From the human T2T-CHM13v2.0 reference genome, Homo sapiens, in NCBI RefSeq assembly GCF_009914755.1, contig NC_060942.1: a stretch of 64,000 nucleotides of DNA. One strand, given 5' to 3'. The position numbers were made by a program, and so were the translations under genes. A model generated the notes under the pieces. The model saw only the letters and a program-made list of their open reading frames with translations, did not search any database and was not told the DNA's origin. Numbering within the stretch: position 1 is the first letter of the stretch; every line of letters begins with the position of its first letter. Below, one piece after another: positions 40,096-53,125 of the stretch.

Positions 40096-41640
40096 CTAGA
40101 GGAGGCAAAATATGAAACGGGAAGTTACCATTTCTCATCAGAACACAGCAAGACACACGGTGCGTACAGCTACAGCATGTTCCAAGCCATCTGTCTTCAG
40201 CGGGAGAAGCCACCCTTGAGTCTGGGTGGCTCTTAGAAAACCCCTGAGGAGCCACCCAGACAAGAACAAAAGGGGGTGAGTCAGGCAGGACTTCTTTTCT
40301 CAATTTAAATGACCTGAAAGATCACAGGGAAAAAATACAATAGCAGTGGTGTATCTAGTTACATGTAACGACGCTGTCCCTAGTTAACAGAGGGTGACTG
40401 GTATATTAAAACTTGGGAAAAAAATTAATTATTCACAGCAGTATAAGGTTCGTATGACTTTCGAGGAACTCTACATTTAGGGCTCTTGTGGAATCTTCAC
40501 AATCATTCATTGCAGGGTAAGAAAACCAGAGAAGTTGGGTGGAGCCCACAGTCACAGAAGCAGGCTTGGGCAACAGCTTACTCTGTCCAAAGGACCCCCC
40601 GTGTCTGCCTCCGAAACCACTGGGCTACCGACCACCTTCCGCCTCAGCCATAGGGCTCCCTCCCTACGCATCTCTCCTGTGAGGGCAATTCTCAAGCCCA
40701 AAACACTGATGCCCCAAGGTCCCCCAGAGGCGGGTGAGCAAAGGCAGCCACGCTATCCACCTCCATGCCGCCACCTGCCGGCTGCCCAGGAGAACTGAGC
40801 CCGGGGTTCCGCCCCTCAAGCTCTGCGCCCCTGATGGTCGGACCTTGACGGAGAGCGTGTCTGAGCCACAGTCTGGGATGAACTCTGCGGTGGGGAGGGA
40901 TGGTGTGGTCAGAACCCTCCCACTTTACCCAAGGAACGCGTGAGACAGGGAGAAACACAGCCGAGGTGTGGGCTGTGCTCGGAGGTTTTAAGGCTTTTCC
41001 AAAGTCAGAAGAGACTGTACTGCAAGTGGACACAACACGGATTAACAAAAATTCGGTTTTATGTTTTGCATTTACGGCCTTGGGTTTCTGTAAATCTAGA
41101 CATCGAAACAGGGCAGGAGTACAGATGTTTCCGGATATCTTAAAACTCTCTGAACTATAAAACACAGGATTCTTCACCACCCAGCCGCCATCTGCAGTCC
41201 CTTACAGCCATGTCTCCGTATAAGGCCCCAAGTTCTTGGTTTTCAAATAAGATTTTCAGAGATTTTTAACATTCAGTAAAATGGAGGGATCTGCTAACTC
41301 AGAATGTTCCTTTAAAATGTTCTAAGTGTATATTTGGAGATAACACTTAGGAATCCCAACAAACTGGTAACAAATCCATTCCAAGGGGTTCTTCATCAGG
41401 GTGAGACAGCGCCTGTCACTGAAGGCACTTGCCCAGATCTGAGGGACACGGTAACAAATGCTGGTTTTCAATCAGCGGGCAGTTAGTGCGCAATTCATAC
41501 GCCGTGTTAAAGGACTTGTCCATGTAAAAAACGCCAGCAGTTAAGGGCTGATCAGCAGAACTGGTGCGGAGATGAGACAAAGGAAGAAAAAACTATCCAA
41601 CTCCTACCGGCTCCTAAAGGCTAATATTTAAATAAAGTCA

Positions 41641-42001
<361 letters not shown>

Positions 42002-42420
42002 TTATACGCACACAGTGGTATGAGAAAGGAGACTGGGCAGTGCTAGGATGCACCACGGATAAAAACATGGAATTAAGTATATGAAAGAGGAAACGTTAGC
42101 CTTTGTTTAAGTCAGAATGGTGCTCAGTACGTTCGACTCATTTCTAAATATTCGAAAAAGGCAACATCCAGCAGGGAGAGATCTAGTTTTCCCTGCAGTA
42201 AAGGAATACAGATTTCTGAACACACATGTCCAAGACTACTAGTGGAGTCTGTCAGTGTAAACAATGCGGCTGTGTCATCGGCCCCTGTACATCTGTGGGG
42301 TTTTCAAAGCACGACTGTCGAGGCTTCCAAAATGTTCCCCAAAAGGATCATAAAACATCACCTAGAACTTCCAGTACCTCTGACCAAGACACTGAGTAAT
42401 AAACTAAAAGTGAATAATCT

Positions 42421-42851
42421 AGCCAGGCACAGTGGCTCAGACCCATAATCCCAGCACTTTGGGAGGCCGAGGCGGGCAGATCACTTGGGGCCAGGAGTTC
42501 GAGACCAGCCTGGCCAACATGGCAAAATGCTGTCTCTACTAAAAACACAAAAATTAGCTGGGCATGGTGGCCAGCACCTGTAATACCAGCACTTTGGGAA
42601 GCCCAGGAGAGCGGATCATTTGGGATCAGGAGTTTGAGGACAGCCTGGCCAACATGGCAAAACCTCGTCTCTACTAAAAATACAAAAATTAGCCAAGCGT
42701 GGTGGCATGCGCCTCTAATCCCGAGGCTGAGGCAGGAGATTCCCTTGAACCCTGGAGGGGGAGGCTGCAGTGAGCCGAGATGGCGCCACTGCACTCCAGC
42801 CTGGGCAACAGAGCAAGACTCTGTCTCAAAAAAAAAAAAAAAAAAAAAAAA
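42421..42851 (+). mobile_element. Three-armed Alu (left-left-right) with poly(A)
   Basis: Two successive left arms, each ending ctactaaaaa(c/t)acaaaaatt, then a right arm with a small deletion. Confidence 0.85.
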
Positions 42852-43131
42852 GCGCATGGTCTAGCCCAAGTTATCGATGTCACCGGTCGAGAGTGAACGG
42901 CAAAATGCCTCTGGAACACACAGACCCTGCACAGAGTCCCGAGCCACCCCAGGAGGGCGGGAGAGAAGCATGACCACGAGTGGAGGGGCAGCGGGCAGGA
43001 AACTGAAGCTATTCGCAGAAGCAGCTGATGAGCAGAAAGACTGAACAGCTTTCCAAGGACCTACTTCCTTTCCAAGGAAGAAAACACGTGGCTAACTGGA
43101 GAGGCGCAGGATCCTCAGCAACAAGGAACCA

Positions 43132-43475
43132 AGCACCTTCTCAGCCAGGGACCCAGGACCCTCTTCTCCACCAGGCACCTTCTCAGCCAGGGACCCAGGA
43201 CCCTCTTCTCCACCAGGCACCTTCTCAGCCAGGGACCCAGGACCCTCTTCCCCACACCAGGCACCTTCTCAGCCAGGGACCCAGGACCCTCTTCCCCACC
43301 AGGCACCTTCTCAGCCAGGGACCCATGACCCTCTTCCCCACCAGGCACCTTCTCAGCCAGGGACCCAGGACCCTCTTCCCCACCAGGCACCTTCTCGCCA
43401 GGGACCCAGGACCCTCTTCCCCACCAGGCACCTTCTCAGCCAGGGACCCAGGACCCTCTTCCCCGGACCCTCTTC
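43132..43475. repeat. 42-bp VNTR (CAGGCACCTTCTCAGCCAGGGACCCAGGACCCTCTTCCCCAC), ~8 copies
   Basis: Direct reading; 14-aa periodicity. Confidence 0.93.
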
Positions 43476-44039
43476 TGACCGAGGTTTCTTCATTACAGGA
43501 TCAGGGCCACTGAAACAGCAAAAGCCTCTAGTGAGCTCCTGATCAGGCCTCAGGCCTTGGTGTACAGAGAGGCGCAGGCCCAAGCGCTCCCCGCATTCAT
43601 CATCAGTAAGCCACAGAACAGACGGCTTCGCCCCTCGTCCCCGGCTCCTGGACCCAGTGCTGTTGGTTGACAAGGGCCCTCCAGGGGCCTCCAATCATGG
43701 GAATAAACTACTGCCAAGTCCAGTGGGCCTCGCAAAGTGCTGCCACATGACACAGCCAAGGTTTCCTTACTGCCAAGGTTTCGTTACAGCCAGGTCAAAA
43801 CAAAACTAAGACGAGGGGCCTCCCAGGCGGCCCAAGGGGACCACGACACCCATCCACTGTTCTCAGGTTCCTGAGTGCCATTCTGACTTTTTCATTCATC
43901 CCTTTTCTACACTTCCCATTCTCGTGTGCACTCCATCTACTGCACACGCGAGGTGAACCTCCCAGAGAAATTAAGCGCCACCACTGGCAATGAGAACTCC
44001 TCAGGACACCCCCAACAGGTGGCAGCAGGCACAGGACAC

Positions 44040-44410
44040 ACCCGTGCCCCCTCCACGGCCCCCACGCCCCCACCAGGGCCCACACGCCTTCCTCCACAGC
44101 CCCCATACCCCCTCCACCACCCCCACCCCTCCCTCCACGGCTCTCACGTCCCCTCCACGGCTCCGACACCCCCACCACGGCCCGCACCCCTTTCTCCTTA
44201 GCCCCCACCACTCCCTCCACGGTTCTCACGCCCCGTCCACGCCCCCCACGCCCCCACCACGACCCGCACACCTTTCTCCATGGCCCCCATACCCCCTCCA
44301 CAGTTCTCACGCCCCCTCCACGAACCCCACGCCCCCTCCGTGGTTCCACACATCCCCTCCATGGCCCCCAAACTCCCTCTCCACAGCTCCCATCCCCCAC
44401 CCCCCCTACA
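44040..44410. repeat. Degenerate C-rich tandem repeat (~CCCCACGCCCCCTCCACGG), G-quadruplex-prone on the minus strand
   Basis: Recurrent C3-C6 runs with ~19-20 bp periodicity. Confidence 0.75.
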
Positions 44411-47400
44411 GTTGGGACCTGGCGTAGGTGGCTTTTGATGTTTCGGTGGCCCTGATCCTGAAACGGAAGAACTCGGCTAGAGAAGTGTCCGGGGAGGGGG
44501 CTCCAGCTCCCTGGTTGAGGAAATGCCTGGTTCCGTGGCTCCCATGCCACACAGGGAGAAAGTCTGCAGGAAACAGCACTTCTGCTCCTCAGTCCCCACC
44601 AATCTGACAGCCCCTGGGTGGCAGTGCTCACCGGGCACTTTATTAGAATTGAAGGAAAGAGAACGGTGCTGATTTGAGCATGGCGTGGCCCTGCATAGAT
44701 GGCTGCCTCTAACCCTGACCGCAGTGCCGAGGGCACACACCAGAGAGGGAAGGCTGGCTCAGAAAGGCCTGGCAGCGGCCCTGTGCAGAGGGAGCAGGAT
44801 CTCCAACACTCACCCCATGCTCTCCGGGTGCACGGAAGCACGTGCCAGGAGGAGGCAGCCGGGTCCGAGCAGCCCTAGAGAAGGCGCACGTCGCTCCCAA
44901 CCCCACGAGTGTGCACACGCGTGCCACAGACGGTGACTATGGCTGCTCTGTCCTCGGCTCAAACACACCAGGGGCTCCCGGGTTCCTTTCTAAGCAGGAC
45001 CTTCCTAGATGTGTCTTGGAAACACAAACATGGATTAGGTCTTGGGTGACTTCACTGCGTCCCAAGCTGGCCCTGGCCTGGCTGGTGCCGCACACCGCCG
45101 ACAAGCATGTTTCACACGGGGCCCAGGGAGTGGCAGACTTGCACTGTCTGAAGTCCCTGAGGCAACATCTTCAACACACACAACCGCCCTCAAAAGCACA
45201 GAAATGCGGTGAGGGCACTTTGTATAAAGTTACTCCCCTTTCACTTAAAATATTTTTTATTACTGTAGTAAAATATACATAACAAAAAAGTCTGCAGCCA
45301 CGCAGCCACGCTGAGGCGCTCCCCTTCCGCGCTTACGGCTGCTCTGGGGCTGCCTATTCGTCATGTTTTCGGTTTTCCATGGGTGTTTAAAGCACTTCAT
45401 TCTCAGTGCACATTTGTGCCTCTTTTCTTCTTTGAAAAATAAACAGGACCCCAGCAGCGCCCTGCTGGCTGTCACTCCAGGAGGGGCAATGGGCAGCAAG
45501 CATGGGTCTGCGCCCAGCTCTGGTGATGCTGAAGAACCGGGCCCTGCATGTAGGGTGCCACTGCACTGCCCCCCCCCCGGGAGCTGTACCCCCATGGGAG
45601 CGGTTGCCTCACTCCTCCTCCCAGGCAGCCCACCTGCAGGAGGTAGCGCCGGCCCCGGTGCCAGGACCCTCGTGGCCCCCTGTGCACTGACAGTGCATCC
45701 TCCGGCCAGTCTCCTGAGCTGCTATTCCTACAAAGCGGCCCTTCCAAAAACCAACTTCCTCCTGAAACGCATCCCCATGCTCTCTCTGCAAGACACTTTT
45801 CTTGCCTAACTTCGTAAGTGTTTAGAATAAAGATTTTTCTCATTTCTGCCCCTCTATATTGGGCTTCGTAAAAGCCATTATTTCTTTCCACCCATAACGG
45901 ATACAGTTTAGTTAATTCCGTGAACAGGAAGGGGTGTCTGCCCACCTGGCCTCTCTGGGTTTCTAAGGGAAGGTTGGGGGCCCTTGCTTGGGGATTGGGG
46001 GGCTGTGGTGTTTTGCTGGGCTGGGCTTTGTTGAACACACAGGGTGGCTGCAGGCAGGTCCCCACTCTGCACAGTTGCTGGACCCGTCTGCAGTCAAGTT
46101 CACGGCACATCCTGAGCTCAACACCGGGGGCTCACCTGCATATTAACAGGGAGTGAGAAGTGAATGAACAGGTAATTGCAAGCATCACATTCGTCAGTGA
46201 CATCTCTGATTCAACTTTAGGCTGACAAGGAAGGGGGATGGGAGGTGAGGGAGGAGGGAGGAAATGGCACTACTTTTATAAAGGTTAAGAAAAGGTAAAA
46301 GTTCCACAATATTAAGATTATACAGGGAAGAAAGCTTGATGCTTTTTTTAGAAGACGAATTCAGTTAAGCGACCATAATTCTAAGGAGCCTCAGGAATAA
46401 AACTTCTCACCTCCCAACCTACAAACGGCATCAGAACCACCAGAAAGAGGCCCTTTAATGAACAATTGCATGTACAGAGACTTGTATGAGGACTTTTATC
46501 TCGTTCTACATTTTTCAACCTTATCACAATGATTTCCTTTCTAATGGATGAGAGCTGGACTTTTCAAGATTTTCCAGTTCTATGACTGACAATTTTACCC
46601 ACACATGTCATTTTCATCATGCAGCCAAACATCTTAAATATTTTATTCTATAATTTCGGCAACCATCATGATGGTTCCCACAGGATGTGGTATAATTTCG
46701 GCAACCACATCCTTCCCACAGGAAAAAACCTGCCAAGGGCATGGGGAACCCGTTAACACCCCAAATTCTCACTGGACTGATCTCTCGGCGCTGGCTGACC
46801 GGACACCTGCTGCCCTGAGACCAGAACCCATCGCTGGAGTCCCTGCCACCTGGGCAGGACCATGCCCCGCCCCTCTGAAGGCTCCGTCATCCATGTGGAC
46901 TCTGCTCCTGGGACACAGCCACCGTGGGACGAGCCTGCAGCCCCTCTCATTTCAGCCACATCAGCTCAGGTCAGACACGTGCACAAAATTCACACTTCTT
47001 CCAGGCACCCCACCACGATCATAGAACAGGAAGAATCTTTGAAGAGACGTGGCATGTCCATGCACCACACCCAGGCCGGTTTAGTAACCCGTGGATGATT
47101 CTTACGTGCCTTACACCCGCTTTGCTTTTCCAATACATTGTATGTTTGCAGGAGTGAAGGCACCGAACAGCAAGCAAGGGAGGCAACTTGCAGGTACACC
47201 AGCACAGGCCCGCACACGCTCTGCCATTGACCTGCTGCAGACGCAGATGAGATCAATTCTGTGTGTCGTGGTAGGTTTATAAAATACAAATTGTTTTAAT
47301 ATATTTTATCCCAGATTTGCCAAGAAAAAAGAAAAAAAAAGTCACTCAGTCACACAAAAGCACACCAACTATATAACGTGATTTTCTTTTTTCAGAGGAT

Positions 47401-47556
47401 TACTAAGCTGGTAATGTAGGAGACCGAAGCATGCATGGACTTGGTCTCTCCCTGACAGTCTTGGGGACAGGAAGGAGAACACGGCTGGCTTTAGTGCACA
47501 GAGGTCAGCTGGGAGCAGGCCCAATGCCTCTGCCCAGGAGTGGCCATTCCTGAATC

Positions 47557-48290
47557 TGACATGGACAGGAGACAGGGAAATACTGGATAGAACAGGGCAG
47601 TTCCCTGGCAAAGGCCCCACCCTCGAGCTTGGAAACCTGCGGCCCTAAATGGGAACAGGTATTCCTGTTTTCAAACTCAAGTGTTGCTTTTGGCCCGCCA
47701 TGCCTCCCTATCCTGTACCCGTAGAAACCCCAAACCCCAGGCTCCAAGAGCAGAAGAGCAGAAGACTGGCAGAGTGGCAGAACGGCACGGCAGAGAAGAA
47801 AAGAGAAGGAGCATCTGAACATCGAGAGGAGTATGGCTGCGGACAGTCAGAGAGGAGGTCGGCCGTGGGACAGCTGAACTCCAGGGGAAGATCATCTTCC
47901 CACTCCATCCCCTTTCCAGCTCCTCATGCATCCCCCTGAGAACCACCTCCACCACTCAATGAAATCCCTGCAATCACCATCCTTCAAAGCCTGTATGACC
48001 CGATTCTTCCTGGACACCAGACAAGGACCCAGGTACCAAGATGGCAGGGTGTAAAAGGCTGTCACCCTGACTCTCCACTGAGCTGGTTGAACACTTAGCC
48101 ATCCACAGATAGCAACTGCTAAAACAGCATTAATTGTCTAGACACTACCATGGGGCCAACGCCCAAAAGCACTCACCCAGCTCCTGCACCTGCCAATCTG
48201 CTTGCTACCCCTCCTGTAAGGAGTTTGAGCGCAAATAAGCCACGCCCCTGTTGCAAGTCCCGCGAGGGGTCAGGGAACTCTCCTGTTTCA
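47557..48290 (+). mobile_element. ERV1-class solo LTR, MER50-like, full length (734 bp)
   Basis: TG...CA termini (tgacatggacaggagacagggaaatactgg ... ggggtcagggaactctcctgtttca); near-matching 4-bp flanks aatc/gatc. Confidence 0.8.
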
Positions 48291-48439
48291 GATCCACAAG
48301 GAGGAAGGTCTCAGAGGTTGCTGCAGTGCCCGACCTCCCATGAGCCATCATGTACATTGATGACCCAGATGGAGAAAGGGAACCGGACAAGCTTATTGGA
48401 GCAGGGCTGACACTCAGAGATGAGGGAGACCAAAGCAGC

Positions 48440-48970
48440 ACAGAGACTCAGAAGTTTTCGATGAGATGCAACAAAGGCTTGAAACTAACAAGATGAAATC
48501 CCGTAAGGAAAAACAAAGTGCAAGAAGAGAAAGTTCTGGCCACGGAAAAGACCCCAAGCTCCTAGGAGACCATGGGCTCAGTGTGAGTTACTCGGCTCAG
48601 GGTTGAGATCAAACAGAAGCATCCTCAGCAACAGCCGGGGAAGGAAGGCCCACGACGGGGCTGGCCAAGGGTCCTCTCTTCACACTGGGCGGCAGGAGCC
48701 CAGCCTGGGCTCTGAACCATACATGGAAGAGCAGCAAATGAACCATACATGGAAGAGGAGCAAATGAACAAGAGTGAGCGGGTCCAGAACAGGCCCGGGG
48801 GAGGCTTCTGGGAACCAAGTAATACGAGAATGACTGCAAGAATGTGGACTGTTCCACCCAAAACAGGCGGCTGGTGGGTTGGGCTGCCACAAACCCCGAT
48901 GTTACTCGGTGAGCACTGAATGGATGCAGGAAAATCAGTTCATCCATGACAGCCTTGCAGGTGGCATCTG
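48440..48970 (+). mobile_element. Probable CR1/L3 LINE fragment
   Basis: Resembles the L3 3' region (aactaacaagatgaaat..., gaaaagacccc...gggctcagtgtgagt). Recognised by eye only. Confidence 0.4.
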
Positions 48971-51055
48971 AGAATCATCTGTCAAGGTCACGAGCCACAG
49001 CTGGCAACAACTGGTCAAGGCCAGAACCTGGCCTAAAGTCCCGGCTTCTGAGGGAGTGGCCTGCACATTCTCCAAAAAAAAAAAAAAAATCTCTGGGTGA
49101 TTCTAACTGCAGCCAAGATTGAGGAGGGCTGGGTAAGATAGGACAAATAAACAGAAATCAATGAGAATGAGATTTCAGGGGAGGCCAAGGGAGAAGCCTT
49201 CAGCTGAGAAACAGCTGCCTTATAAACAGTGCATCCCTCACCAATGAGAGGGGCAGGCAGAAAGCAGGAGGCAGCTCTCGGGAATTCTGCAGGGACAGAC
49301 CTTCCATCCGCACGCACATGGAGGCATGATCTCCCCCCGTCAATTCTAAGGTTCTAAGTTTCGTGTACGGAAACGACCCAAAAATTGCTAACTAGACAGG
49401 AGTAATTCATTTCTTATGTACTCTTCAATGTCATTTTTTGTTCTGTTCAATTCCTTGTGACTTAGTTGATTTTTGCAGAGTTATTTTTAAGCAGTACAAA
49501 GTAGAAACACACTTCTTGAAACAAAAATGCTTTGTCATTTCTTAATCTCTACCTTTAAAAATAGCAAGCAGCTATTTCACTCTGAGGAGCGCTTACACAG
49601 CCATCACTGCCCGCAACCCTGGGACCTGAGGGGGAGATGGGTGAGTCTGGAGAAAAGGCTGTTTCCTAAGAGTCTCGTTGCTAGTCCTGCTCGGTCACAT
49701 GACCTCACCTGTGGTCCCGAGCGATAGTGGGCAGCACGCAGTTTTATTACATGAGGCAGTATGTCTCCCGGTTCACGCTTATTATAGCAATAATTCCAGA
49801 GCTTCTCACTCTTGGTTAAAACAAAACAGAAACACAAATGCAATACCAAGCACAAAACCACGAACATCTTTGAGTAACTGGGCTCTTCCTCCTACACAAA
49901 ACGTCCTGACGGGTCCCTCAGAGTGAATCTATGGTCACGACCCGGACCCCGGAGGCCTGTGCATTGAGTACGCGCTAAGGTTTTTAATACAACTGGCTTC
50001 TTTCCATTGTCTCCCAAATATCCCACCCCAGGTAGTTGGGTACTGAACACAAACTGGTCATTTTGATATGAGAATGAGCAAATCTACCAGAAAATTACGA
50101 GCCATGTATGTCTGTAATGAAATCCACAAGGAACCATGACTGCAGTTTCTCCAGCCCCATGGCACACCTGTGTCAGGGTTTACACCAGTGGCTTTAACAA
50201 TACAGCCCAACACACACACCTGTTGCGGGGTGGAGCAGGTCACCCAGGGAGGCCAGTCCCAAGCCAGGAAGCAGCAGTGATGTGCCCAAGACGGCACCTG
50301 TCTCAGATGCATCCCAGCTCACCAAGGACCAGGGGATTCCAGGGAAGCACCAGGCAGGCCTTGGGTCGACGGCCAAGCAGCCCAGCTGCCAGCACCACCC
50401 ACAAGTCTCCAAGTCTCCGAGGAAACGAGGGGCACAGAGCAACCCGGGTCCCGCAGGCAGGAGGCCCATGTGGACGTCGGTCATTATCCTTTGGAGAGGA
50501 GAAGCTGGGTTTGCCAACTCAGCCTGAGCACTGCATTCCCCAGCCAGAAGCACCGAGCGGCGGTGTGATAAACACATGACACTTTCCGGGTTCACTGGGT
50601 GCCTGGAACCATGCCAGGAACTTCACATCCATGACCTGCCCCTCGGAAAAGGTCTAGGGAGGGAAGGTCACCGTCCCATTTTGTAGATACGAAACCTGAG
50701 GCACAAAGCAGCTTATCTAAGGCCATCAGGCTGAGAGCTCAAGCCAGCTTCAAATGCCTCTATCTCAGCTCACACCCCACAGCGCTGAGCTCATTGACAC
50801 TGGCAGGTGTTCCCAGATCCCAGGAGGGCCACCAGGGAAGGAACCCAGGCACAGCAGGTACGGAAGGTGGGGACACCAGGGGTCCACAGGAGGACAGAGA
50901 TTGCACAAAGAAATCATTAAGGAGGGCTGCGAGATTTCGAAAAGAAAAGAGAAAATGATATGAAGAGTCTGCACTTTAGGAAACACGCTACAGGGTGAGT
51001 AAGTGTGAGCGTAAGGGCTCTGGCCGAGGAGGGTACTACCATAAGCACAAGCCAA

Positions 51056-51345
51056 ACCACAACCCTAATCCCAGCACAAACCCTAGCCATAGCAGTAGCA
51101 ATACACCTAACCCTAACCTAACAACTAACATGAACACCTGATCCCAATCCTAACCCCCTCAACCCTAACCGTGAACCAACCATAACCCTAAACCTAACCG
51201 CTAACCATAACCACTAACTCTAACACTATTAACCCTAATCCAACTCTAACCCTAACCCCTTACCCAACTCTAACCCTACCCCTACACCTAACCCAACTCT
51301 AAACCTAACCCAAACACCTAACCCTAACCCAACTCTAACCCTAAC
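51056..51345 (+). repeat. Degenerate (CCCTAA)n interstitial telomere-like array
   Basis: Several perfect CCCTAA/TAACCC hexamers among variants (CTCTAA, CCATAA, ACCTAA, CCCAA). Confidence 0.85.
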
Positions 51346-52284
51346 CGCTCCCTCTGTCGCTGTGGACTTGCCCGCAGCCAGGTCCTCCTGCAAACCTGCA
51401 CAGCCCCATCCCAGACACGTGACTAGGACAGGGGTCCCCAAACATGATGTACTGGCATCCTGGTAGCCTGGGCAATCACACCAGCCCTACAGAACCTGTA
51501 CTAAAATACCAAATTAGAAACAGGGACTTCCACAGGTGCCCAGGCAACCAGGTGGAAAACTGCAGACACAGAGGTCTCAGTCATCCCATGGCCCCAGCCT
51601 CATTGTGTGCTTTGGGGATAAGGCTGTTGTCTCAGCCTCGCCCTGAAGGCCGGAGACCCCATCAGACAGAGACAGGCAGAGCCAGCAGGAGGAGGCCGGG
51701 CAGGTAGGCCCACAGCAGAGAGGCCACGAGAGCAGGGGAACGTGACACTCAAAGGGAGAGGGACGGCGAGGCAAACAACACCACGGTCCTCTCTGCCGCG
51801 GCTCACAACGCCGCCCCTGGCTTCCGGGGAGCACACAGCTGAAGAAGAGCCTCATTTCCGCCACCAGCGACGCCAGTCAAACCAGGAAGCCAGCGCAGAC
51901 TCGGCCACTGGACCAAAGAAACACAGTACGGCCAAGGGACAGGCCTTACATCCAGGGCTCAGGGTGGCCTTTTCCTCACTGTCCCCATGAAAATGAGAAG
52001 ACTTCACAGAAAGGGAAAGAAGCATCTTTTGACATAGGGAAAAAGACTCTAGGTTCCTAAATAGATGTAAGACCACAGGGAGTGTCACTAATAACAGGTT
52101 ATAGTTTTACAATCTTCTGGTCAGCCACAGGCTCTAGGGTTGGCAAACGGGGCTCTTCACCCAGAAGGTGACATTCACAGGGCTCAAAATATGTCCCAGG
52201 CAACACAAGTCACCCAGGAAGTAGCGCAGCCTGGGAAGCCCTTTGCATGTTCAAGAGCAGAGACCAGGAAAGCAGGAGGCCAGC

Positions 52285-53125
52285 TGGGAAGGCAGGTGGG
52301 AAGGTAGGTGGCCAGGTGGGGGAAAGGTGGATGGGAAGGTAGGTGGCCAGGTGGGGGAAAGGTGGATGGGAAGGCAGGTGGCCACGTGGGGGAAAGGTGG
52401 ATGGGAAGGCAGGTGGCCGGGTGGGGGAAGGGCAGGTGGGAAGACAAGTGGCCAGGTGGAGGGAGAGCAGGCGGGAAGGCAGGTGACCAGGTGGGGGAAA
52501 GGTGGATGGGAAGGCAGGTGACCAGGTGGGGGAAAGGTGGATGGGAAGGCAGGTGACCAGGTGGGGGAAAGGTGGATGGGAAGGCAGGTGACCAGGTGGG
52601 GGAAAGGTGGATGGGAAGGCAGGTGGCCAGGTGGGGGAAAGGCAGGTAGTCAGGTGGGAAGCCGGGAAGGCAGGTGGTCAGGTGGGGGGAAGGCAGGTGG
52701 TCAGGTGGGGGGAGGGCAGGTGGTCAGGTGGGGGGAGGGCAGGTGGTCAGGTGGGGGGAGGGCAGGTGGTCAGGTGGGGGGAAGGCAGGTGGTCAGGTGG
52801 GGGGAAGGCAGGTGGTCAGGTGGGGGGAAGGCAGGTGGTCAGGTGGGGGGAAGGCAGGTGGTCAGGTGGGGGGAAGGCAGGTGGTCAGGTGGGGGCAGGG
52901 CGGGTGGTCAGGTGGGGGGAGGGCAGGTGGTCAGGTGGGGGGAGGGCAGGTGGTCAGGTGGGGGAAAGGCAGGTGGTCAGGTGGGGGCAGGGCGGGTGGT
53001 CAGGTGGGGGGAGGGCAGGTGGTCAGGTGGGGGGAAGGCAGGTGGTCAGGTGGGGGCAGGGCGGGTGGTCAGGTGGGGGGAAGGCGGGTGGTCAGGTGGG
53101 GGAAGGGCAGGTGGGAAGGCAGGTC
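52285..53125. repeat. Bipartite G-rich VNTR: ~35-bp units (GACCAGGTGGGGGAAAGGTGGATGGGAAGGCAGGT) changing to ~23-bp units (CAGGTGGGGGGAGGGCAGGTGGT)
   Basis: Direct reading; the transition is at about 52640-52670. Confidence 0.93.

Noticed and set aside
38348-40303. 651-aa ORF as a single-exon gene, or N-/C-terminal extensions of the exon
   Set aside because: Canonical splice sites delimit 38647-40095. The flanking in-frame stretches are intronic read-through, and I saw no nearby minus-strand AATAAA to support an intronic terminal exon.
43795-44841. 348-aa minus-strand ORF
   Set aside because: It spans a G-rich low-complexity repeat and has no recognisable domain. Stop depletion is expected at this GC content.
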